Source of the DNA: an uncultured Oscillospiraceae bacterium
GTDB taxonomy: Bacteria > Bacillota > Clostridia > Oscillospirales > Ruminococcaceae
Reading direction: 5' to 3'
Assembly (NCBI GenBank): GCA_905212515.1
Contig: CAJMEU010000001.1
Location: 1-51,883, forward strand
Length of the DNA: 51,883 nt
Of this stretch, positions 7,545 through 17,568 are shown one piece after another. Position 1 is the stretch's first letter. Every line of letters starts with the position of its first letter. The notes below the pieces were generated by a model, which saw nothing but the letters and a program-made list of their open reading frames with translations, was not told the DNA's origin and did not search any database. The translations under genes and the position numbers were made by a program.

Positions 7545-9030
7545 ATGGCGAACAAAAAACCCACGGCCAGCGAGCTAGACGGGGTGCAGTACCGGCGGGC
7601 AAAGACCTGGCAGATCATCCTGTACGCCTGCAACGCCTTTGTAGGCATGAGCGTATACACCCTCATCGGCATGGCCAGCTACAGCGCCAGCATCGGCTAC
7701 GGCATCAGCACGGCCATCGTCGGCCTCATTCTCACCAGCACCCGCATCCTGGATGCGGTCACCGACCCGCTGCTGGCGTTTGTTTACGACAAGGTGAATA
7801 CCCGCTTCGGCAAGCTGCGCATTTTGCTGGTATCCGGTTTTGTGATCGAGGCATTGGCCCTGCTGGCGATGTACGATTTCATGTCCAGCAAGGGCTTCGG
7901 CATCGTGGTGTTCACGCTGCTGTACGTGGTATACGTCATCGGCTATACCATCACCAACATGACGGCCCAGACCATCCCGGCCATTATGAGCAACGATCCC
8001 AAGCAGCGGCCCACCATCGGCGTGTGGACCACGGCGTTCAACTATGTGATCCCCATGGTGTTGAGCATCGTGCTGAACGCCGTGCTGCTGCCCCTGTGCG
8101 GCGGTACTTACAACCAGGCGTTCCTGTCCCTGGCCAGCAAAGTGTGCGTCGGCATGGGCGCGGTGGGCATCATTTTGGTGTGCATCGGCGTGTCCGCCTT
8201 CGACAAGCCGGAAAGCTTTGCCGGCCTGGGCAAAAAGAAGGAACCGCTGAAGATCAGGGACATGGTGGATGTGATGCGGCACAACCGGCCCCTGCAATGC
8301 TATATCGCGGCGGCGGCCTCCGATAAGATCGCCCAGCAGGTGGCGTCTCAGTCCATCATCGTCACGATGCTCAACGGCATCCTCATCGGCAACATGGGCC
8401 TCTCCACGATCCTGAGCGCCATCGGCATGTTCCCCTCGATTTTGTTCGCGGTGGTGGGGGCGAAGTACGCCGGCAAGCACGGCGCACAGAAAGGCATCGT
8501 TATCTGGACCAGAGTGGGTATGGCGATCGCTGCGGTGATGGTGGTGTTCTTCGCCGTGATCGACCCCAAACAGATCGCCGTGATGGGCCCCATCATGATC
8601 CTTTACGTGGTGCTGACCTTTGCGCTGAACGGTGCGAAAATGTGCGTGACCACCTGCAACAACTCCTTTATGGCGGACATCATCGATTATGAACTGGACC
8701 GCAGCGGCAAGTACATCCCCGCTGTTGTCACCGGCACTTACAGCCTGATCGACAAGCTGGTATCCTCTTTCAGCGCCATCATCGCCACCGGCGCCGTGGC
8801 CCTGGTGGGCTACACCTCCACCATGCCCCAGCCCGGCGATGCCACCACCCCGGCGATTTTCTGGCTGACCATGGCGCTGTATTTCGGCCTGCCGATCCTG
8901 GGCTGGATCTGCACGCTGGTGGCCATGCGGCTGTGCAAGCTGGACAAGGCCGAAATGGTGAACGTGCAAAAGCGCATCGCGGAGAAAAAGGCCGCGGCAA
9001 GACTTGAAGTGATTGGCCAGCAAATCATAA
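7545..9030 (+). CDS. GPH-family (MelB/UidB-like) MFS glycoside:cation symporter; stop displaced by an apparent +1 frameshift near the 3' end
   Basis: RILDAVTDP..DKVNTRFGKLR and MADIIDYE motifs, ~12 TM helices ending by ~8.95 kb; TAA TAG at 9028-9033 lie in the +1 frame; the open frame otherwise runs antisense through the AraC gene to 10328. Confidence 0.8.
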
Positions 9031-9095
9031 TAGGCTGCGGGGTTGGCCAGGAAAATGCGGTGGCGGCAATTTGCCGCAAGCGCTTGCTGGTCCCG

Positions 9096-10307
9096 CTATT
9101 TCAGGGGCGGGCGCTCCCGGTACTGCATGGGCGTGCAGCCGGCGACCTCGCTGAAAACGCGGCTGAAGTAATTGCGCGTGCCGAAGCAAAGCTGGTCGCT
9201 GATCTCCTGCACGCTCAGCGCCGTGCTGTGCAGCAGCACCTTGGCCCGCTCCACCTTGGCGAACTTTACATAATCGCTGACAGAGAGGCCGGTCTCCTCT
9301 TTGAACTTGTGGGTGAGATAGTATTCGGTGTAGCCCACCAGGGCGGCCAGGTCTTTGGCCAGGATCTTTTGCTCCAAGTGCATCTCGATGTAGTCGCAGC
9401 ACTTCTGTACCTGTGCCGACAGCTGGGGGTTGGTGCGGCACTTGTGCACCCGTCGCACGAAATCGTCATACATCAGCGCGGGAATCGATGCTACGTCGGA
9501 GTATTCGCGGGCGCGCTCGGCGCTTTGAATATAAAAATCGCCCAGCGAATAGGCCTCCTCCGGCGAGAGGCCGCCCTCGATGGCGGCGCGGCAGACGATG
9601 GAGGTAAACACGGTGACGGACGTTTTCGCCTGGCGCAGCGGGTCCCGTCCCTGTACGGGCACGCCGGAACTGATGAGCATGGAGGCGCTCAGCGCGCTTT
9701 TGTAATTGAGGTCCCCCGTGCGCACCATCTGCAGCATGGCCTGCTCGGCCATCCAAACCTTGTGACGGTCCCGGTGTTCGGCAGACACCCGCGGCGCCCC
9801 GGCCGCCCCCTGGTGAAAGCCCAGGCTGCTGACGTCCAGCTTTTCCCCGGTAAGGCAGTAGTGAAGCATCAGCAGATAGCGGGAAAAAATGATGTTCTGT
9901 GCCACGGGGATCTTCGGCAGCGTATTGAGGAACTGGTGCTTCCACGCCAAACTGATCTCCAGCTTGTCGTAGTAATTGAACCACCTCTCCACTACCATCA
10001 TGGACACGTCGTAAAAAAATGCCGGCCCGATGGCATAAGCGCGGTGCAGCGCGCCGTTTTCCCACTGGAAGTCCACGCCCCAGATCAGCCCCATGGCCGT
10101 GCCCAACACGGCAGGCGGGCCACCCTCCCGGCCAAGGCTGAGCATTTTGTCCTTACAGCCGAAGTTGGAAAACGCGGTGGACAGCAAGATTTCGTCCGGG
10201 CAATTGGAGGCCAGCAGCTGCCCTTCGGCGTCATAACACCAAGTGTAAAGATTGCTGCCGCAGCTGATCAGCTCTTGAAACAGTGCCAGTTTTTCTGTGA
10301 TTTCCAT
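9096..10307 (-). CDS. AraC family regulator with a large N-terminal sensor
   Basis: C-terminal double HTH (YLTHKFKEETG..., YFSRVFSEVAGCTPMQYR); RAAIEGGL motif. Confidence 0.9.
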   Translation of the reverse strand: MEITEKLALFQELISCGSNLYTWCYDAEGQLLASNCPDEILLSTAFSNFGCKDKMLSLGREGGPPAVLGTAMGLIWGVDFQWENGALHRAYAIGPAFFYDVSMMVVERWFNYYDKLEISLAWKHQFLNTLPKIPVAQNIIFSRYLLMLHYCLTGEKLDVSSLGFHQGAAGAPRVSAEHRDRHKVWMAEQAMLQMVRTGDLNYKSALSASMLISSGVPVQGRDPLRQAKTSVTVFTSIVCRAAIEGGLSPEEAYSLGDFYIQSAERAREYSDVASIPALMYDDFVRRVHKCRTNPQLSAQVQKCCDYIEMHLEQKILAKDLAALVGYTEYYLTHKFKEETGLSVSDYVKFAKVERAKVLLHSTALSVQEISDQLCFGTRNYFSRVFSEVAGCTPMQYRERPPLK

Positions 10308-10447
10308 GGGCACAGCCGCCTTTCTTGATGGGGATCGTCTTAATCATAATATAAAAATTATGGATTTGCGAGATGGAAATTCAAGAAATTGCGAAAAACA
10401 AAGGAAAAATTCCCCATTATCCTATATTTTTTGATCGGAGATTTGCT

Positions 10448-12655
10448 ATGAGAAACATCAAAAGCCTGGAAAACGGCTGGATCTTTGTAAAAAACGCCGC
10501 CAATGCGCAGGAAGCGGCGCAGGCCAAAGGCGTCCCTGTGACGCTGCCCCACACCTGGAACGCCAAGGACGGCCAGGATGGCGGCAACGACTATCACCGC
10601 GGCACCTGTTGGTATGTGCACAGCCTGGCAAGGCCCGCCCTAGAGGACGGAGGCCGGGCCTATTTGGAGTTTAACGGTGCCGCCATGACGGCGGAAGTTT
10701 TCCTCAACGGCGAAAGGCTGGCCCGCCATGAAGGCGGCTACTCCGCCTTCCGGGTGGACATCACGGATCATCTGGCGCAAAAGAACACGCTGGCCGTCTC
10801 GGTGGACAACAGCGACAACGACGCCGTCTATCCCCAAAAGGCGGATTTCACTTTCTACGGCGGCCTGTACCGCGCGGTACATTTGATCACCGTGCCCGCC
10901 GCCCATTTTTCTCTTGACCATGACGGCGCGCCGGGCATCAAGGTGACGCCCATCGTGGACCTGGAAAGCCGCACCGCCGAGGTGACGGTGGAAGCCTGGG
11001 TTTCCGGCCCCGCCGGCCGCGTCAAATTTTGGACGGACGGCAGGGCGCAGGAAGCGCAGGTGCTCGGTGGACACGCAAAGACGGTATTTCACCTCAGCGA
11101 TATCCGCCTGTGGGACGGCGTGGACGACCCGTACCTGTACACGGCGGCTGCCGAATTGTCCGGCGACCGGGTGGAGGCGCGCTTCGGCTGCCGCACCTTT
11201 GCGGTGGACCCGCAGAAGGGCTTTCTGCTCAACGGCCGCAGCTATCCGCTGCGCGGCGTGTCCCGCCATCAGGACCGCCAGGACGCGGGCAGCGCGCTGA
11301 CGCCCGAGATGCACAGGCAGGACATGGACCTCATCCGGGAGATCGGCGCCAACACCGTGCGCCTGGCCCACTACCAGCACGCGCAGGAATTTTACGATCT
11401 GTGCGACGAGAACGGCATCGTCGTGTGGGCCGAGATCCCGTACATCACCATGCACATGAAAAACGGCCGGGCCAACACCCTCAGCCAGATGCGGGAACTG
11501 ATCGTACAGAACTACAACCACCCCTCCATCGCCTGCTGGGGCCTGTCCAACGAGATCACGGCGGCCAGCGCCGTGGACGAAGACCTGCTGGAGAACCACC
11601 GCCTGCTGAACGCGCTGTGCCACGAGCTGGACCAAACGCGTTTCACCACCATGGCGAACGTGTTCATGCTGGAGACCGACAGCCCCATTTTGGAGATCCC
11701 GGACGTGAACAGCTACAACCTGTACTTCGGCTGGTATTTGGGGGAACTGGAACAAAACGACGCGTTCTTCGACGAATATCACGCAACCTATCCCGACCGC
11801 TGCATCGGCTTTTCCGAGTACGGGGCGGACGCCAACCCGCAGTACCAGTCCGCCGCGCCGGAAAAGGGCGACTATACCGAGAGCTACCAGGCGCTGTATC
11901 ACGAACATCTGCTGGCCATGATCGAGGCGCGGCCATGGCTGTGGGCCACCCATGTGTGGAACCTGTTCGACTTTGCGGCCGACGGCCGCGACGAGGGCGG
12001 CAAGCACGGCGTGAACCAGAAGGGCCTGGTGACCATGGACCGGCAGCTGAAAAAGGACGCGTTTTATCTGTACAAAGCGGCGTGGAACAAAGCGGAGCCT
12101 TTCGTGCACCTGTGTGGTAGCCGCTATGTGGATCGCGCGGAGAATGTGACGGAAATCAAGGCGTACTCGAACCAGCCCGAGGTGGCGCTGTATGTGGACG
12201 GCAAACTGCTGGAACGCCAGACGGGCAAAACCGTGTTCCGCTTCCAGGTACCCATCAGCGGCGAGCACACCATCGAGGCCAAGGCGGGGGCCTACAGCAG
12301 CGTGATGCTGGTGCGCCGGGCGGCGCAGGAAAACCCCGACTATATCTTTGTCAAAAAGCAGGATGTGGTCAACTGGTTCGACCAGGACGCGTTCGATCCC
12401 GCCTGTTATTCGGTCTCCGACACCCTGGGCGAACTGCGCGCCAACCCCGAGGCGGGGGCCGTGGTGGAGCAGTTGATGGCCCGGGCCAGCGCCAGCCGCG
12501 GCGATGTGGCCGAGAGCGTGAAGGACAATCCGGCTTTGCAGCGCATGATGGACCGGATCACGCTGGTCAGCCTGCTCAAACAGGCAGGAAACATCGAGGA
12601 GGAAAGCATCAAACAACTCAACCGGGTGCTACAAAAGATCAAAAAAATCGTTTGA
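10448..12655 (+). CDS. GH2 glycoside hydrolase, probable beta-glucuronidase
   Basis: LPHTWN..DGQDGG, DFTFYGGLYR, RLAHYQH, SNE (acid/base), SEYGA (nucleophile), YFGWY, and NQKG (NxK glucuronide-recognition motif). Confidence 0.85.
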   Translation: MRNIKSLENGWIFVKNAANAQEAAQAKGVPVTLPHTWNAKDGQDGGNDYHRGTCWYVHSLARPALEDGGRAYLEFNGAAMTAEVFLNGERLARHEGGYSAFRVDITDHLAQKNTLAVSVDNSDNDAVYPQKADFTFYGGLYRAVHLITVPAAHFSLDHDGAPGIKVTPIVDLESRTAEVTVEAWVSGPAGRVKFWTDGRAQEAQVLGGHAKTVFHLSDIRLWDGVDDPYLYTAAAELSGDRVEARFGCRTFAVDPQKGFLLNGRSYPLRGVSRHQDRQDAGSALTPEMHRQDMDLIREIGANTVRLAHYQHAQEFYDLCDENGIVVWAEIPYITMHMKNGRANTLSQMRELIVQNYNHPSIACWGLSNEITAASAVDEDLLENHRLLNALCHELDQTRFTTMANVFMLETDSPILEIPDVNSYNLYFGWYLGELEQNDAFFDEYHATYPDRCIGFSEYGADANPQYQSAAPEKGDYTESYQALYHEHLLAMIEARPWLWATHVWNLFDFAADGRDEGGKHGVNQKGLVTMDRQLKKDAFYLYKAAWNKAEPFVHLCGSRYVDRAENVTEIKAYSNQPEVALYVDGKLLERQTGKTVFRFQVPISGEHTIEAKAGAYSSVMLVRRAAQENPDYIFVKKQDVVNWFDQDAFDPACYSVSDTLGELRANPEAGAVVEQLMARASASRGDVAESVKDNPALQRMMDRITLVSLLKQAGNIEEESIKQLNRVLQKIKKIV

Positions 12656-12667
12656 GGAGGATGGAAT

Positions 12668-14416
12668 ATGGAAAAGTTCGTTTGCAATCCCTTGGATCTG
12701 GAATACCGCTATCAATACCGCACCAGCCTGATGGGCGGCCACAGCCTGTCGCGGGAGGCGGCGGATCCCACGATGCTGCTGTTCCACGGCACCTATTACC
12801 TGTTCGCCTCCATGTCGGGCGGGTTCTGGTATTCGGACGATCTGGCGCAGTGGGATTTTAAAGAGACGCCGGAACTGCCGATCTACGACTACGCCCCCGA
12901 TGTGCGGGAGATCGGCGGGCGCGTAGTGTTCAGCGCGTCCCGCCGGGGCGAGCCCTGCACCTTTTACGCCAGTGCCGACCCGCTGCACGAGGCTTTTCAG
13001 CCCCTGTCCGCGCCCTTCGATTTCTGGGACCCGGACCTCTTTGAGGACGACGACGGCCGGGTGTACCTCTACTGGGGCTGCACCAATTCAGAACCCCTCT
13101 GGGGCATCGAGATCGACCCCGCCACAATGCTGCCCCTTGGGGAAAAGCAGGCTTTGTTCGGCGAGAATGAAGCGCACCACGGCTGGGAGCGCAAGGGCGA
13201 GAACAACAAGCTGGGCGAGCCAAAAACAGAATACGAGCGCCTGGTGCGGCAATATGTGGGCACCAAGCCCTTCATCGAGGGCGCGTTCATGACCAAATAC
13301 AAGGGCCGGTATTATCTGCAATACGCCGCGCCGGGCACCGAGTGCAATGTGTACGCCGACGGCGTGTATGTGGGCGACGCGCCTTTGGGCCCGTTCGCCT
13401 ATCAGGCGCACAACCCCTTTTCCTCCAAACCCGGCGGGTTCATCACCGCGGCCGGGCACGGTAGCACGTTCCAGGATAAATTCGGCAATTGGTGGCACGT
13501 ATCCACCATGCGCATCAGCGAAAACGAGAGCTATGAGCGGCGCATCGGCCTGTTTCCCTGCGCTTTTGACGCCGACGGCGTATTATACTGCAACCAGAAT
13601 TTTTCCGATTATCCCTTTGCGCTACCTCAAGGGCCGCGCCGGGAGATGGATGCCGCCGCGCCGGGGACGGCGCTGCTGTCTTACGGCAAAAAGGCCGAGG
13701 CCTCCAGCGCGCAGGCGGGCTTTGGGCCGGAGAAGGGCACAGACGAAAACATCCGCACCTGGTGGGCAGCCTGCCCCGGCGACTCCGCCCCTTGGTACCG
13801 GCTGGACCTGGGCGGCGTGCGGCAGGTGGAGGCCGTGCAGGTGAACCTGGCCGACCATCAGCTGCCGGACCAGCATGTGCCTGAAGAGGATATGGTGAAA
13901 AACCAGACCGGCGCGCGGTACATCTATGTGCAGCCGCAGAAAACGGGCTTTCTCCTGGAGGGCTCGGCGGACGGGGAAACCTGGCGGACGCTGCTGGACA
14001 CCCGCGCGGAAAACAGCGACCGCGCCCACGCGCTGTGGACGGCCGCCCAGCCGATAGCGCTGCGCTTTGTGCGCCTGCGGGCGTTTGCCATCCCCTTCGG
14101 CGGCGTGCCCGCCGTCAGCGGGCTGCGCGTGTTCGGCCGGGGCGGCGGCAGTGCGCCCGCGGCAGTGGAAGCCGTGCAGGCGCACAGGAGCGCGGACGGC
14201 CGCAACATCCTGCTGCAATGGGACGCGGCGCCCGGTGCCGACGGCTACAACGTGCGCTACGGCACCGCCCCGGACAAATTGTACAGCAGCTGGCAGGTGG
14301 TGGGCGCGGCACAGCTCGATCTGAGCACCGTCAACGCCGGGCAGCCCTATTCCATCGCCGTGGACAGCTACAACGAAAACGGCGTGACGGCCGGCGCGTG
14401 TTTCACGGTAAAATAA
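12668..14416 (+). CDS. GH43 glycoside hydrolase with C-terminal F5/8-type (CBM32-like) and FN3-like domains
   Basis: AADP, YAPD, WDPDLFEDDDGRVYLYWG, IEGAF and GHGSTFQD beta-propeller motifs. Confidence 0.85.
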   Translation: MEKFVCNPLDLEYRYQYRTSLMGGHSLSREAADPTMLLFHGTYYLFASMSGGFWYSDDLAQWDFKETPELPIYDYAPDVREIGGRVVFSASRRGEPCTFYASADPLHEAFQPLSAPFDFWDPDLFEDDDGRVYLYWGCTNSEPLWGIEIDPATMLPLGEKQALFGENEAHHGWERKGENNKLGEPKTEYERLVRQYVGTKPFIEGAFMTKYKGRYYLQYAAPGTECNVYADGVYVGDAPLGPFAYQAHNPFSSKPGGFITAAGHGSTFQDKFGNWWHVSTMRISENESYERRIGLFPCAFDADGVLYCNQNFSDYPFALPQGPRREMDAAAPGTALLSYGKKAEASSAQAGFGPEKGTDENIRTWWAACPGDSAPWYRLDLGGVRQVEAVQVNLADHQLPDQHVPEEDMVKNQTGARYIYVQPQKTGFLLEGSADGETWRTLLDTRAENSDRAHALWTAAQPIALRFVRLRAFAIPFGGVPAVSGLRVFGRGGGSAPAAVEAVQAHRSADGRNILLQWDAAPGADGYNVRYGTAPDKLYSSWQVVGAAQLDLSTVNAGQPYSIAVDSYNENGVTAGACFTVK

Positions 14417-14430
14417 GGGAGGCAATCAAC

Positions 14431-15279
14431 ATGCCCATCAAGGCAGTACAGCAATTTATGCTGGGCTCCGTGCTCGGCAATGAACGGCAGGCGCGGGACA
14501 CGCTGGCAAAAATGAAGGCCGCCGGATACGACGGCATCGAACTGTGCAGCTTCATGACCCATCCCATGGGGCTGATGATCAAAATGCTCACCAAGGCGGC
14601 GGGCATGCCTGTGGGCAAGGGCGGCGGCCTGGACTGGCACGCGCTGGTGCAGGAGGCGGGCCTTGCCGTGGTGAGCCTGCACACCGACCTGGGCACCCTG
14701 GAGTGGGACGCCGCCGCCCTGGCCGCCGAGGCGAAAAGCTATGGGACGCAGTACGCCGTCATCACCGGCATGTACCGTTTCGACTACGGCGACGAGGCCG
14801 CGGTGCGCGATCTGGCCCTGCGGCTGAACCGGGTGGGGGCGGCGCTGGCCAAAGAGGGCGTGCGCCTTTTATATCACAACCACAACTGCGAGCTGCGCCG
14901 GGTGAACGATACCCAGCGCGCCTACGAGGTGCTGCTGGAACAGACGGACTCCGCGTGCGTCAATTTTGAATTCGACAGCTACTGGTTCGCCGAGGGCGGC
15001 GCCGATGCCCTGGGCTGGATGCGGCGCTTGGGCCCGCGCATGAAGCTGTGGCACATCAACGACCGCGGCGCGCGCGTCGCCGGCCCGGCCATGACGCCCA
15101 TTTTGAAAGCCGACAGCATGGAGCTGGGCACGGGCAACATGGACCTGGACGCTCTGGCGCAGCAGGCCCTTTCCGCGGACGTGGACGCCGTGATCCTGGA
15201 GAGCCACCGCAACTGGGTGGACCACTCGCCGGTGAAAAGCTTTGAGGTGAGCGCGGCGTTTATGAACCGACATTTTTAA
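14431..15279 (+). CDS. Sugar phosphate isomerase/epimerase (xylose isomerase-like TIM barrel)
   Basis: AAGYDGIEL, LYHNHNCE, FEFDSYW, HIND, ELGTGNMD; GGGAGG RBS. Confidence 0.85.
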   Translation: MPIKAVQQFMLGSVLGNERQARDTLAKMKAAGYDGIELCSFMTHPMGLMIKMLTKAAGMPVGKGGGLDWHALVQEAGLAVVSLHTDLGTLEWDAAALAAEAKSYGTQYAVITGMYRFDYGDEAAVRDLALRLNRVGAALAKEGVRLLYHNHNCELRRVNDTQRAYEVLLEQTDSACVNFEFDSYWFAEGGADALGWMRRLGPRMKLWHINDRGARVAGPAMTPILKADSMELGTGNMDLDALAQQALSADVDAVILESHRNWVDHSPVKSFEVSAAFMNRHF

Positions 15280-15291
15280 GGAGGGATCACC

Positions 15292-17502
15292 ATGGTGGAT
15301 CTGAGACCGCATTTCATCACAGTGCCCCGCCCCTACAAAGAGGGAACGGTGGAAGTATTTGAACAGCCCGTCGCCGCGCAGGACGTGCAAAAGGCGACGC
15401 TGACCATCACCGCGCTGGGCGTTTACGAGGCGCAGCTGGGCGGCCGCAAGGTGGGCGACGTATTGTTCGCCCCGGGGTATACCTATTATCCCCGCGACCT
15501 GCACGTACAGGTGTACGACGTGACGCCCCTGCTGGCCGCAGGCGGGGCCGTGCTGCGGGTGTATCTGGGCCAGGGCTGGTACTGCGGGCGCTTTACCTGC
15601 GATAACAAAACGCAGATCTACGGCGAGGCCCCGGCCGTCGCCTGGGTGCTGGAGGTGACGCGGACGGACGGCGCCGTGGCGCGCTATTGCTCGGATGACG
15701 CGGCCGTGAAAGCGGTGAAAAGCCCTTACGCCTACGCGGGCCTTTACGACGGCGAGATCTACTGTGCCGATGGCGGTCCCGACGAGCCTGTGCAGCCCGT
15801 CCCCTACACGGGCAAGCTGCCCGAGGTGTTGGAGGAAAGCGGCATTGCCGTCAAAGTTCAGGAGGAACTGCCTGTGCGGGCCGTCCTGCCTGCGGGCGGC
15901 GTGACCATTTTGGACTTTGGCCAGAACTTCGCGGGCATCATCGAGATCGACCCCACAAAAATGGAGGGTGCGGCCCTCAAACTGCGCCACGGCGAAATTT
16001 TGAACCCGGACGGCAGCCTGTACACCGCCAACCTGCGCAAGGCAAAGGCCGAGCTGGTGTACCGCAAGGGCTCGGAGACGGAAAAATACCGCCCCCGCTT
16101 TACCTATATGGGCTTCCGCTACGTCGAGCTCTCGGGCGTGCCGTACCGGGAGGGCCTGGTGACGGCCTACGCCGTGTACAGCGACATGGAGCGCACGGGC
16201 GAATTTTCCTGCGGGCATCCGCTGGTGCAGCGGCTGTATGAAAATCAGGTGTGGGGGCAGAAATCCAATTACGTCGAGGTGCCCACCGACTGCCCTCAGC
16301 GCGACGAGCGCATGGGCTACACCGGCGACGGCCATGTGTTTGCCCGCACCGGCGCGTACAATTTTGACACCGAAGCCTTTTGGGCCAAGTTCCTCAAGGA
16401 CATCCGCTACAGCCAGCAGGACAACAGCGAGGGCTATGTGGGCCCGTCCATCCCGGCCCAGGGGCCGGCGGGTATCGGCTTTTTGACCATGCTGGAGTGG
16501 AGCAGCTGCGATACCATCGTGCCGGAGATGCTTTATTGGCAGTACGGCAGCGACGAGCACCTGCGCCGCCAGTATGACAGCATGAAGTCCCTGGTGGAAT
16601 GTGAGATCGGCAAAATGGGGGGCGTGCTGGGCAAAAAGGACCTGTGGATCAGCCCCAGTTTGGGCGACTGGCTCACGTTGGGCAAGGACGTGAAGTACAT
16701 GGCCATGCACAACGGCCCGGTGAGCAACGCCTTTATCGTCAACGACCTGCGCATCCTGGCCTGGGCGGCGGACTATCTGGGCAAGCCTGCGGACGCCGCG
16801 CGCTACGGCGCCCAGCTGGAAAAAACGCGCGCCGCCTACTGCAAAGCGTTTGTCAAACCGGACGGCGCCATGAAGGACGATTACCAGGGCGCTTATGTGA
16901 TGGCGCTGCAATTCGTGATCCCCAAAGGGGAGCTGTGGGACAAGGTTTTTGCCAAGCTGATGGCAAAGATCAAGGCGGAAGGCATGCAGACGGGCTTTTT
17001 CGCCACCGAGCACCTTCTGCCGCTGCTGGCGGATCACGGCCAGGCAAAGCTGGCCTACGACCTGTTGCTGCAGGAAGAATGCCCCGGCTGGATGTACCAG
17101 GTGCAGCGCGGCGCCACCACCATCTGGGAGCGGTGGGACGCCCTGCGCCCCGACGGCACGGTGAACGAGAGCAAGATGAACGGCGACAATATGGTGTCTT
17201 TCAATCATTACGCGTTCGGCAGCGTGGGAAAATTCTATTACCAGTACATCCTGGGCATCCGCCCGCTGGAGCCGGGCTTTGCCAAGGTGCGCATCGCCCC
17301 GGTGCCGGACGCCAGGCTGGGCGCGGCGGCGGGCAGCTACCGTTCGCGCCGGGGGCTTATCCGGGTGGCATGGCAAGTAGAGGGCCAAACGGTGACCCTG
17401 ACGGTGGAAACACCGGTGGACGCCGAGGTGTGCCTGCCGGGCGGACCGGCGCGGCAGGTGCGGGCGGGAAGCCATATCTTTACCGGCACCATGCAGGCGT
17501 GA
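15292..17502 (+). CDS. GH78 alpha-L-rhamnosidase
   Basis: LDFGQNFAG, FTYMGFRYVE, PTDCPQRDERMGYTGD, GATTIWERWD, SFNHYAFG; no signal peptide. Confidence 0.92.
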   Translation: MVDLRPHFITVPRPYKEGTVEVFEQPVAAQDVQKATLTITALGVYEAQLGGRKVGDVLFAPGYTYYPRDLHVQVYDVTPLLAAGGAVLRVYLGQGWYCGRFTCDNKTQIYGEAPAVAWVLEVTRTDGAVARYCSDDAAVKAVKSPYAYAGLYDGEIYCADGGPDEPVQPVPYTGKLPEVLEESGIAVKVQEELPVRAVLPAGGVTILDFGQNFAGIIEIDPTKMEGAALKLRHGEILNPDGSLYTANLRKAKAELVYRKGSETEKYRPRFTYMGFRYVELSGVPYREGLVTAYAVYSDMERTGEFSCGHPLVQRLYENQVWGQKSNYVEVPTDCPQRDERMGYTGDGHVFARTGAYNFDTEAFWAKFLKDIRYSQQDNSEGYVGPSIPAQGPAGIGFLTMLEWSSCDTIVPEMLYWQYGSDEHLRRQYDSMKSLVECEIGKMGGVLGKKDLWISPSLGDWLTLGKDVKYMAMHNGPVSNAFIVNDLRILAWAADYLGKPADAARYGAQLEKTRAAYCKAFVKPDGAMKDDYQGAYVMALQFVIPKGELWDKVFAKLMAKIKAEGMQTGFFATEHLLPLLADHGQAKLAYDLLLQEECPGWMYQVQRGATTIWERWDALRPDGTVNESKMNGDNMVSFNHYAFGSVGKFYYQYILGIRPLEPGFAKVRIAPVPDARLGAAAGSYRSRRGLIRVAWQVEGQTVTLTVETPVDAEVCLPGGPARQVRAGSHIFTGTMQA

Positions 17503-17568
17503 CCCTTTTTTACGCAATTGCAAAGCGCAGGGACTTTGTAGTATGATGGGTAAAAAGAGGTGGGCGGC

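Noticed and set aside
9031..10328. MFS transporter fused to a novel 430-aa domain
   Set aside because: The extension is the antisense shadow of the AraC gene, opened by an apparent frameshift.
14431..15279. TIM-barrel protein as part of an oxidation-elimination (C-glycoside/Gul-type) cleavage pathway
   Set aside because: No Gfo/Idh/MocA or GMC oxidoreductase partner is present in the cluster.
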